Shown: positions 53,507 to 64,000 of the stretch, one piece after another
How positions within the stretch are numbered: the first letter of the stretch is position 1
Layout of the letters: the number at the start of each line of letters is the position of its first letter
From: Octopus sinensis
Lineage: Eukaryota
Assembly: GCF_006345805.1 (NCBI RefSeq)
Contig: NC_043022.1
Span: 13,330,001-13,394,000 of the forward strand
Direction of reading: 5' to 3'
Length of the DNA stretch: 64,000 nt
Notes under the pieces: generated by a model
Told to the model about the DNA's origin: nothing
Databases searched by the model: none
Seen by the model: the letters and a program-made list of their open reading frames with translations, nothing else
Translations under genes and position numbers: made by a program

Positions 53507-54920
53507 CTGTGTAAAATGGTCAGAAACATTTAATGGTTGCAATTACGAAGAAAAAAAAAAGAAATGTAAATCAATGTAAATATTTAAAACAACAATGACA
53601 TTCTGGATAAAATCTAATTAAAATCAGAAATGAATATCTTAATCTAAATCACCAGGACTGCACAGTGTTTCTCAAGCATACATACAGAAGGCGTGTGTGT
53701 GTGTCTCCTCTCTTGTCTTCACATTGTGTCATCATTATCGTTTAACGTCCGCTTTCCATGCTAGCATGGGTTGGACGGTTCAACTGGGGTCTGGGAAGCC
53801 CAAAGGCTGCACCAGGTCAGTCAGATTTGGCAGTGTTTCTACAGCTGGATGCCCTTCCTAACGCCAACCACTCCGTGAGTGTAGTGGGTGCTTTTTACAT
53901 GCCACCGACACAGGTGCCAGACGAGGCTGGCGAACGGCCATGCTCGGATGGTGCTTTTTACGTGCCACCAGCACGGAGGCCAGGCAAGGCTGGCAACAGC
54001 CACGATTGGATGGTGTTTGTTACGTGCCTGATAGTAGTAAACGAGTGTTGTCTCCGATCTACCATGGAAAACATGTCTGGGCCATCGGGAAATGTCATCT
54101 TGTCTGGAAATAAGTGAGCGTTAGCAACAGGAAGAGCATCCAGCCATAGAAATTCTGCCTCAATAGACTCCATTCTAACCCAGGTGATCACAGACATTAA
54201 AACAAATATCATTATTATCATTGTTAAGGCAACGAGCTGGCAGAATCGTTACCATGCCGGGCAAAATGTTTACCAGCATCTTATCTGTCTTTAGGCACTG
54301 AGTTCAAATCCCGTTGAGGTGAACTTTGCCTTTCATCCTTTTGAGGTCGATAAATTAAGTACCAGTCAAGCACTAAGATCAATATAATTGACTTACCCCC
54401 CTCCCCGAAAATTTCAGGCCTTGTGCCTACAGGAGAGAGGATTATTATTATTGTTGGTTGTTGTTGATGTGGTTATTATTATTGTTGCCATCGCAGTGAA
54501 CAAGCAATTTATCGTGAAATTACATTTAAATGTTTTTTGAAGTTAATACAGGTGCAGATGTGGCTGTGTGGTAAAACGTTTGCTTCCCAACCACATGGTT
54601 CCAGGTTCAGTCCTGCTGCATGGCATCTTGGGCAAGTGTCTTCTTCTATAGCCTTAGACCAACCAAAGCCTTGTGAGTGGATTTGGTAGACGGAAACCGA
54701 AAGAAGCCTGTTGTATACATATATATTACTAAGATCTCTTGGATGTTGACTGATGAGGAATTAGCAACAAATTTTTCATGGGTTTTGTTTTTGCCAAATT
54801 TTCTGGTTGTTATGTTTTTGTTAAATTTTCTTGTTGTTATGTTTTTGTTAAATTTTCTGGTTGTTGTTTTTAAAAAAACCCTTGAAATATTTTATGTAAT
54901 GTCATGCAATCTTTATGATT

Positions 54921-54956
<36 letters not shown>

Positions 54957-55376
54957 TATATATATATTTGTGTGTGTGTGTCTTTGTGTCTCTCCTATCA
55001 CTGTTTGACAACCAGTGTTGGTTTGATTACACCCCTGTAACTTTGCAGTTTGGTAAAAGAGACTGTTAGAAATAAGTACCAGGCTTAACAGAAAAGTACT
55101 GAGGTCGATTTGCTTGATTTAAAAAAAACTATTCAGGGTGCTGCTCCAGCATGGCCACAGTCAAATGACCAAAACAAGTAAACGGCGAAGATGAAAAACA
55201 TTTGAATAGGAAACAGTAAAGACTGTAAAGAAACTGCACAGATGCGCATACCAGCCCCGCCCACCCCATCCATCATAAGAGCCCACACAAAATCTTCCAC
55301 AGCCTCCAGAGGGCAGTCCTAACTTACTCTAAGAAGCTCTGCTCTAGCGACAAATGAATTGGTATTGAGTACTCAC

Positions 55377-55509
55377 TGGAAAGGATTGCCACAGTATTGA
55401 CTAAACATGGTGACCATGGTATCCAGGACAGCCTTGGCTTTGTTTAAGTCTGTAGCTGTACACTCAATAAATATATTTTTGGTATCTAGAGTGATTTTAG
55501 AATGGTCAC
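55377..55509 (-). CDS. FARSB: FARSB exon: [45 protein letters not shown]
   Basis: ttcag acceptor, gtgagt donor; HSKIT...NIFIECT motif. Confidence 0.96.
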
Positions 55510-55965
55510 CTGAAATATGAGGAAACAATAGGGGTTAGATAATCACGTTGTAATCAGAATATTTGATGGTACATAAAACATACCTTTATTATGTTCTAAC
55601 TAGCAGACCCATGTCGGTTAAAATGCCGACAGATTTATCAATGGTAGAAAATGGTACATCAACACAACGGGGAAAACTATTGATAAATAATTGTCAGCAA
55701 TCTAGAGAAAATATGTACATACACAGAATTGAAGCACTCACAGAATCAGATACAATTGTAACGTCTAGGTTGGAAGAATCACCCACATAATGTATGTTTG
55801 TGTACACACATACACATACATGTACATATATATGCATACATAAACACACACACATATGTGTGTGTGTATATATATATATATATAGTTTGGAGCAGATCTT
55901 CAGAAGCAATAACAAGCCGAAAGGGTATGCTCCCATTTTCAGTGTTTTCAAATTCAAACAAGGGC

Positions 55966-56025
55966 ATTCTGAGCTGATGAGAGAAGGGTCGATTTTGACT
56001 AATCTTGAAACGTACGTACTCAAAT
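55966..56025 (+). ncRNA. Type-I hammerhead ribozyme motif with intact core (Penelope-like type)
   Basis: GAG-CUGAUGA-[GAGA...GGUC/GACU...UCUU]-GAAA-CGUACG-UA-CUC; stem III is the palindrome ACGUACGU; predicted cleavage after A56018. Confidence 0.75.
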
Positions 56026-56499
56026 AACCTTTGCATTTGATTTTTTAATGTCTCTACCCACATACTTTCTTGAGTTGAATTGAGCAACCACTATATGAGA
56101 GAAGTTTTCTTTAAGTGTTAGAAATAGTTTTATAAAAAGTTTTTTTAGCTGCTATTTCTAACGAGTTCAGTATGTGGCAAAGTAATTTATTTTACTAAGC
56201 CCTTTTATATAATGTAATATATATATATATGTGTAAAAAAATTACAAACTGGGACAAGAATGCAAAACATTTAGAAGACGGTACAAAAAACATGGACGGG
56301 ACATTCAAAGCCTTCAATCTTCAGTCAAGAACCGGATCATCCTCGCAATTTCGGCTGATTAATCTTGAGATTGCTCCATATATATATGTGTGTGTGTCAC
56401 CACGTATATATATAGATGCATATATATTTATATACACACACATACTTAGTTTATAGGCATATCTCCCCCTCTTTCTCACTCTCTCTCTATATATATGTT

Positions 56500-56531
<32 letters not shown>

Positions 56532-57096
56532 TACAGACACTCATACCTATTTATGCACATCTATGCATGGGCATACATATGCACGTGCGAGTGCATGAAT
56601 GTGTGTGCGCACTCGTTGAGTTACATTTTTTAGAACGATGAAATCATTTTATTGTATGTAACATATTTGCCTCTTTGCACGCACGAGTGTGTGTGTGTGT
56701 GTGTTCATGTGCGTATGTGAGATTGACAAATATAATTTACAATCAAAATTTAAACACTGTTGGCTTCAGAACCTTTAAATGTTTGTGCCTGTAACTGTCA
56801 CTCACAGCCCCTCCTTTTGCTGTTTTACTCTTCTTTCCCTAGCGTTTTCAGAGCGAAGCCTCTAAATATTCTCTCACTGCTACAACACTCCCACTTCATC
56901 TGTTGTTTTACTCTTCCTTCCCTACAGCATACAGCATGACCGACAGGTGCAAAATAAGCATTTTATTATATTAGAAGAAGGATCGAACAATTTCCCCTGC
57001 ATCATTTGGCCAACTCCCTCTACATCATAACGTTACTCAAATCAGTACAGACCGGAGGTGATACAACAAAAGCCACTACAAACAAGATAAACATAC

Positions 57097-57205
57097 CATT
57101 TATTATTGGTGGAAGAGACAGAACGACTCGGTTACTGTCGTAGATCACAGGATACACAGGCTTGTCTCTGATGATTGGCAGATAATGGCGAAGGTGGCTG
57201 TCAGT
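57097..57205 (-). CDS. FARSB: FARSB exon: [37 protein letters not shown]
   Basis: ttcag acceptor, gtatgt donor; VLSxPPIIN motif. Confidence 0.96.
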
Positions 57206-59066
57206 CTGAAAATTAATAAAACAATAGTAACCACACCTGAGATGAATTATTTTTAATACAATTGTAATTTCCGCAGATTATTAAACATAGGTTTGTTCTT
57301 TCATTTTTGCATCCCTTGTTCTAAGCTAGCATGGGTTACTCTTTACTCTTTTACTTGTTTCAGTCATTTGACTGTGGCCATGCTGGAGCAGCGCCTTTAG
57401 TCGAGCATATCGACCCCAGGTCTTATTCTTTGGAAGCCTAGTACTTATTCTATCGGTCTCTTTTGCTGAACCACTAAGTTATGGAGACATAAACACACCA
57501 GCATCGGTTGTCAAGAGATGTTGGGGGGACAAACACAGACACACACATACATACATATATATATATATATACATGACGGGTTTCTTTCAGTTATTGTCTA
57601 CCAAATCCACTCATAAAGCTTTGTTCGGCCTGAGGCTATAGTAGAAGACACTTGCCCAAGGTGCCACACTGGGACTGAACCCAGAACCAAGTGGTTGGTA
57701 AGCAAGCTACTTACCACACAGCCACTCCTATTTACAAATTTTGGTATGGGGCTACCAAGTTTGGGGAAATGGGATAAGTTAATTACATTAACCCCAGTGT
57801 TTAGCTGGTACTTATTTTATCAACCTTGAAACGATGAAAGGTAAAGTCGACCTCGCTGGAATTTGAACTCAGAACATAAAGACAGATGAAATGCCACTAA
57901 GCATTTTGCCTGGCATGCTAACGATTCTGTCCACTTGCTGGCTTTGAGTTAGAGGAATATATTAATGAGATTTTGTTTTACAGATGGATACCCTCTCTGT
58001 CACCAACCCTTTCATATTTTTCAGGAAAGATCTCAAAGACATACACCATACATCTTCAAATACACAAATCCTATGGATGACCCACTGACAGCAGCTTCAT
58101 CAACTATGACTGAATGTTTTCACAGAAGCAGAAATGTAGACACACACACACACACACACATGCACATATATATATATACAGTTGTGTTTTTGAATGTATG
58201 AATTCTTTCCGTTTCCTCGCCTACTGTTATTTGTCTGTTATCTTGATGCTTTACGGTGGTTTGATTAAGACTTTAGCTCTTATTTCTAGCAGGTTGATGC
58301 TTCTCTGCATCCTTACGCTTCATGCAGATTCGTAATTTATAGCTAAATAATGCTTTTTGCCTGCAAACCACCTATGTAACTACTGTTGATACCATCAATT
58401 TAGAATTTTATCCACAGAAGATATTAACAAGTGACATCTCATTTCAAAACTTAGTGTTTGAATGTTTTGCTTATACACACACACACATATATATATAAGA
58501 TGGGCTTTTTCAGTTACTGTCAAGCAAATTTACTTGCAAGGCCATACTAAAAGACATTTGCCCAAGGTGTTTCCACAGTGGAATTGAGTCCCAAATCACA
58601 TGGTTGCAAAGCAAACTTAACTACACATCCATGCCTAGTACATTCTGTAAAATAATTGGTGCTAGGAGGGGCATCCAGCTATAGAAACCATGCCAACATA
58701 GACAATGAAGCCTGGTATGGCTCCCAGCCTTGCCAAATCACCTGTCAAACCGTCATACTAGCATGGAAAATGGACATTAAAGGAACTGGCAAGTCAGAAG
58801 GGTGTACCAGGCTCCACTGTCTGCTTTGGCATGGTTTCTACAACTGGATGCCCTTCCTAATGGCAACCGTTTCACAGCATGGACAATATGCAAATTCTCA
58901 AGATTAAAAATATGCTCACCCATTCCATTTTGGAAACAAAGAAATTCATAGGAAAATGATAATTGAAACATCCACCTCATTTCTCTCAAATGCATACTCC
59001 TCTAAATACACACACACACACGTGCATGCACATGCACACACACATCATAAAACTTTATACACTTAC

Positions 59067-59217
59067 AGCATAAAAATCCATCAGTTCACTGGCAGTGAAA
59101 CTTCTCGACTGATTGAGAGGCTGAAATTTAATCTCTGAAGGTGGAAGTGCCTCATAACTGAATGGTCCCTCAAGAGTATCCAAATCATGCGTTCCAATGG
59201 CAACCAATGAACGCTTT
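59067..59217 (-). CDS. FARSB: FARSB exon: [21 protein letters not shown]...ELMDFYA
   Basis: ttcag acceptor, gtaagt donor; AIGTHDLD motif of the B3/4 domain. Confidence 0.96.
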
Positions 59218-59848
59218 CTGAAAAAGAAAATGGTAAGCAGATTAAACGCTTTTGTTACTAAAATTACACGAAACCACTCCCTGTGTTCTATGGAATAAAT
59301 TTCATGCTTTTAAGTGATCTAAATTAAAACCTTCTACTAAATTTTCATGTTAGTTTATGTTCCAAATACCAGTTTAAAGAGTTGAAATGATGAATTGCTG
59401 AGGGGAGGGGGACTTAGTTGATTACACTGACCCCAATATATGTGACTGGTACTATATTTTATTGACGCTGGACGGATGAAAAGCAAAGCTGCCCACAGTG
59501 GGATTTGAACCCAGAATGTAAGGAACCAGAAGAAACGCCAGGATACGTTAATGTTTCTGGCAATCTCCCATCCTTACAATATGAAAAACAATGGTTTCTA
59601 AATTAGGCACAAGGTCAGCAATATTGAGAAGGAATTAGTCAATGCCATAAACCCCAGTACATGACTGGTACTTTATTTTATCAACCTCCAGAGTGGATAG
59701 AAGACAAAGCTAACTTCAATGGGATTTGAAAACAGGGGAGCTGAAATAACATGCTCTACCAATTCTACCAATAATCCACTGCCCCTTACAGAGGGGAAAA
59801 ATAAAACAATACAAAGAAAAAGAGAAGAATGCAACGTAAAATGTTTAC

Positions 59849-59904
59849 CTGCAGAGATTTTGATGTAGCTTCTCCTGCAACTCAATGAAACTATTGTAGC
59901 GAGC
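59849..59904 (-). CDS. FARSB: FARSB exon: ARYNSFIELQEKLHQNLCR
   Basis: ctcag acceptor, gtaaac donor; conserved YxSFIELQEKLHQN motif. Confidence 0.95.
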
Positions 59905-60156
59905 CTGAGTAAAAACAGAAAAATATATATATATATATACAACACCATCACAAAATGGTCCATATATAATGCAATCACAAAATAAACTTTTCTCTCTAAA
60001 TTTGCAGAAAATTTTAACAGGAATTTTGCCATTCATGAAGACATTATGGTCACTCTACAAAACCCAGAGACCCAGAACTATGTCATTGCATAGAGAATTT
60101 CTTAACCACACAGTCATGCTTGGACTCATATTTTAACTCTCAATTGTCCAACTGAA

Positions 60157-60501
60157 GGCGCATGGCTCAGTGGTTAGAGCGTCGAGTTTACGATCGTGAG
60201 GTTGTGAGCTCGAATCCCGGACCGGGCTGCGTGTTGTGTTCTTGAGCAAGGCACTTTATTTCACGTTGCTCCAGTTCACTCAGCTGTAGAAATGAGTTGC
60301 GACGTCACAGGTGCCAACCTGTATCGACCTTTGTCTTTCCCTTGGATAACATCAGTGGCATGGAGAGGGGGAGGCTGGTATGCATGGGCGACTGCTGGTC
60401 TTCCATAAACAACCTTGCCCGGACTTGTGTCTAGGAGGGTAACTTTCTAGGTGCAATCCCATGGTCATTCATGACCGAAGGGGGTCTTTACCCCTTTACC
60501 C
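60157..60501 (+). mobile_element. Full-length tRNA-derived SINE with 12-bp TSD TGTCCAACTGAA
   Basis: A box TGGCTCAGTGG, B box-like GCTCGAATCC, tail tttaccc repeats; TSD at 60145-60156 and 60502-60513. Confidence 0.85.
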
Positions 60502-61022
60502 TGTCCAACTGAATTGGTTAGAAATAAACAGGTACAGTCTGGAGATGTCTGTTGTAAGTGGTAAGAAGTTTTGTTCCTTTGCCGTGGTTAATTCATACAC
60601 TGCTATGGACCAATTATTAGCAGTTCCAAATATACCATTATTAGCAGTTTCTGATAATTCATGGGATCATCATCATCACCATCATTTAATGTCTGTTTTC
60701 CAAGCTGGCATGGGTTGGATGGCTTGACAGGGACCATAACAGATTCCATAGTCTGTTTTTGGCCTCATTTCTATAGCTGGATGCCCTTCCAAATAATGCC
60801 AACCACTTAACAGAGTGTAATGGGTGCTCCTTATGTAACACCATCACCAGTACTTTTTAAATATATATATATAATCTCATATACATGAGGTGCACAGACA
60901 CACATATATACATACATATACATGCACATAAACACATACACATAAAAGGCATGGAATTGTCAATAGTTAATGAGATGTAAGTTTAATTGAAAACTGATGA
61001 TTTTGCTTAAGTCTTCCTTTAA

Positions 61023-61243
61023 CCCTTTTGTTACTGTATTTATTTTGAGATGCTCTGTGTTTCTTCCAATTATTTTAAATATAACAAAGACTTTTGTAAA
61101 ATAACTTAGTTATCATGAAGCTAGAGTTAGGAACATAAATTGTGACTAAGATTTGGTGGAAGATTTAAATTCAAAATTTAGGTAAACATGACATTTGTAC
61201 TACAGACCCAGGGGCGGTTTCAGCCGGGTTGGTATTGAAAGGG
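61023..61243. mobile_element. piggyBac-type MITE family A (221 bp)
   Basis: TTAA-CCCTTT...AAAGGG-TTAA. Confidence 0.8.
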
Positions 61244-61333
61244 TTAATGTCCGTCTGAATGTTGATAGAGATATGAAACTAACAAAGGAAAATAAAAGAA
61301 CAGAAGCGATAAGATTATAGAAAACGGTCGAAC

Positions 61334-61393
61334 CTTATTGAAAGTGATGTTCCTTAGTACAGCTGCAACACAATGTGGACGAACCTCGGCTGT
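61334..61393 (-). CDS. FARSB: FARSB exon: TAEVRPHCVAAVLRNITFNK
   Basis: cag acceptor, weak gttcga donor; homologous to the PheRS-beta RPFAVAAVLRNI segment. Confidence 0.92.
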
Positions 61394-62397
61394 CTGGTCG
61401 CAAACAAGAAAAACAGAAGATCGAAAAAAGACATTTAGGAAAATGCAATGAACCATATAAGAATACAGTTTTAATTCAATCTCAGTTCTAGGTTACAAAA
61501 CAAGCATTATCATCCTTGTGTTAATGTTTACTTTTCCATGCTTGCATGGATCAGATGGAGTTTTACTCTTTTACTTGTTTCAGTCATTTGACTGTGGCCA
61601 TGCTGGAGCACCGCCTTTAGTCGAGCAAATTGACCCCAGGACTTATTCTTTGTAAGCCTAGTACTTATTCTATTGGTCTCTTTTGCCGAACCGTTAAGTT
61701 ACGGGGACGTAAACACACCAGCATCGGTTGTCAAGCGATGTTGGGGGAGCAAATACAGACACACAAACATATATATATACATACATATGATGGGTTTCTT
61801 TCAGTTTCCGTCTACCAAATCCACTCACAAGACTTTGGTCGGCCTGAGGCTATAGTAGAAGACACTTGCCCAAGGTGCCACACAGTGGGACTGAACCCGG
61901 AACCATGTGGTTGGTAAGCAAGCTTCTTACCACACAGCCATTCCTACGCCTACAGTTTGAGACAAATCTTCTATGATCAGGTTACCTTTCTGATGCCAAC
62001 CTTCACCTGTTTGTTTCCAAGCAAGGTAACATTTCCCCATGGCCAGGCATATTTTTGCAGAATATAAACAACACTGCTTGTATGACAGTGACACTCATTT
62101 ACAACTGCCATGCACACAAACATACACACACACACTGCCAATCAAACTCACTTAGTTGGTCTGGGTCTATGGCAAAAGTTACTTGCCCAAGGTGCATTGC
62201 AATGGGACTGAACCAGAAACCATGTGGTTAGAAAGAAAACTTCTTAACCACACAGCCATACCTATGCCTCCCCAACAAGAACATAAGAATGCACTGCATT
62301 GCTAATAGATGCTGATTCTAATTTAGAAGATTAAATGTTAGGTGTGACTAATCCTGCAACATTTTCACAGATTAAACCATAAAAAATTTCTTTTTAA

Positions 62398-62618
62398 CCC
62401 TTTAGCATTTAAACCGGCCATATCCGGCCAAAAGTATTCTGCCTGTTTTATGTTCAAACTGGCCAGATCTGGTCTCTCACACCAACCCTACAATATCGTT
62501 TTAAAAATTAACAGCTACCTCATCATAATCTCATAGCTACAAGATAATGCATGATTAGTTCAAAGCAATGTGGATAAAAAAGGATTAATTTTGGCAGAAT
62601 AATGCGAACACTAAAGGG
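62398..62618. mobile_element. piggyBac-type MITE family B (221 bp), inverted relative to 29538
   Basis: TTAA flanks; the reverse complement matches 29538-29758. Confidence 0.8.
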
Positions 62619-62688
62619 TTAAATACAAAAACAAAAAGAATCCAATTCTGTTACAACTTTAACTGACCAGAATCAAAGAAATACTCAC

Positions 62689-62755
62689 CGAAGGTTTAAT
62701 ATGCAACCTCTGTGGTGTTTCCGGCTCCACCTTTTGATAAACAGGAATATCTATT
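62689..62755 (-). CDS. FARSB: FARSB exon: IDIPVYQKVEPETPQRLHIKPS
   Basis: ttcag acceptor, gtgagt donor; phase compatible with both neighbours. Confidence 0.88.
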
Positions 62756-63376
62756 CTGAAATGACATCAACAGAGACACAATGGATGCAGTATCTGAAAC
62801 TCGGCAACCAGCAGGAAATGGATTTTCCCCATATCATAGAAACAGGAAACAATATGAGAGATTTCTTTTGAGTATGTTGCTACAGATTAATGACATTCAG
62901 GTGAAAGTATGGCCATGTGATTAAGAACTTTTGTTTGCAACCATGTGGTTTGAAGTTAAGGCCCATTGCACAGTGCTTTGGACGATACTATAGCCCTGGG
63001 TTAACCAATACCTTGGGAGTGAATTTGATAGATGGAAACTGTGGAAGTCCATCATATACATGCGTGTGTGTGTGTGTGTGTGAGTGTATGCATGGGCTCA
63101 TGTATAATGCATGTTTGTCTATGTGTTTGTCTCCCACCACCACTCAACATCTGGTATTGGTTTGTTTACATCCCTGTAACTTAGCGATTCAGCAAAATAG
63201 ACCAATAGGATAAGTGCCATGTTTAAAAATATGCACTGTGTTTGATTTGCTTGACTAAATCAAGTGCCGCAGTATCATACAGGTTGTTGATGAAGGGAGA
63301 TATTAATTAGAAGTATTACTGTTACAGATAATAACGAAACTAATTAGGGAAAACATAAATGAAAGAATCAACTTAC

Positions 63377-63433
63377 TTCTCCAGAAAGATGAGTAGCCCT
63401 CGGACGAGTCCTTCAACACACAGCAGATCATAC
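63377..63433 (-). CDS. FARSB: FARSB exon (first in window): YDLLCVEGLVRGLLIFLE
   Basis: cag acceptor, gtaagt donor; matches PheRS-beta RYDLLCLEGL motif. Confidence 0.93.
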
Positions 63434-64000
63434 CTGTTGAGGAAGTGAAATTTAAGCTTGTAGCAGAACATAAATAGAAACCAGTAGGGTTTTTTTTCTT
63501 AATGCTTTTATAACATTCTTTCAAAGGCCGTTCTTTGAACCCGCTAACATTTAAACCAACCATATTTGGCCCAAATATCTATTTCTTTACTACCCACAAG
63601 GGGCTAAACACAGAGGGGACAAATAAGGACAGATAAACGGATTAAGTTGAATACATCGACCCCAGTGCGTAACTGGTACTTAATTTATCAACCCCGAAAG
63701 GATGAAAGGCAAAGTTGACCTTGGCAGAATTTGAACTCAGAACGTAACGGCAGACGAAATATGTCTATGCATTTCGCCCGGCGTGCTAACGTTTCTGCCA
63801 GCTCATCGCCTTTGGCCCAAATATCCTACATGTTATATGTTCAAACCAGACAGTTCTGGCCTCTCACACCTACCCTACAATGTCATTCTAAAAATACATA
63901 ACCACAATATCAAATTCTTGAAGCTATGACATAATGAATGATAAATTTAAACTGGCCATATCCACCCCTAATACTCTACCTATTTTATGCTCAGACTGGC

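Noticed and set aside
56290-56335. Possible degenerate hammerhead (CUGAAGA...GAAUGUC) on the minus strand
   Set aside because: GAAA is incomplete and there is no convincing stem I or II in this copy.
60157-60230. tRNA genes (also at ~5460-5530 and ~17480-17558)
   Set aside because: The A/B boxes continue into SINE bodies with tails and TSDs; no complete cloverleaf is evident.
40785-63376. Intronic C/D or H/ACA snoRNAs in FARSB
   Set aside because: No well-formed box pair with a terminal stem was found by eye; an Infernal/snoscan search would be needed.

Overview
AT-rich, microsatellite- and transposon-dense animal genomic DNA. The repeat content (tRNA-derived SINE families, TA-microsatellite load) suggests a coleoid cephalopod, probably Octopus; this is an inference, not a database result. 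Two protein-coding genes are supported. (1) Phenylalanyl-tRNA synthetase beta subunit (FARSB) on the minus strand: 16 GT-AG exons from 63433 to the stop at 40636 splice into one continuous frame; about 70 N-terminal residues lie beyond the window. (2) An intronless 909-bp reading frame on the plus strand (9121-10029) encoding the C-terminal catalytic part plus ricin-lectin domain of a GalNAc-T7/pgant7-like O-glycosyltransferase; its 5' part is lost in a 100-N gap. The rest is SINEs, CR1/L2-like LINE 3' ends, Tc1/mariner relics, MITEs of several superfamilies, minisatellites and very long TA microsatellites. The most notable unexplained structure is five minimal type-I hammerhead-ribozyme motifs in three unrelated repeat families. 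One has an intact core (55966-56025) and one lies in the FARSB sense orientation about 570 nt past the stop. There are also at least six long fold-back palindromes, and two unrelated TTAA-type MITE families share a 221-bp length.
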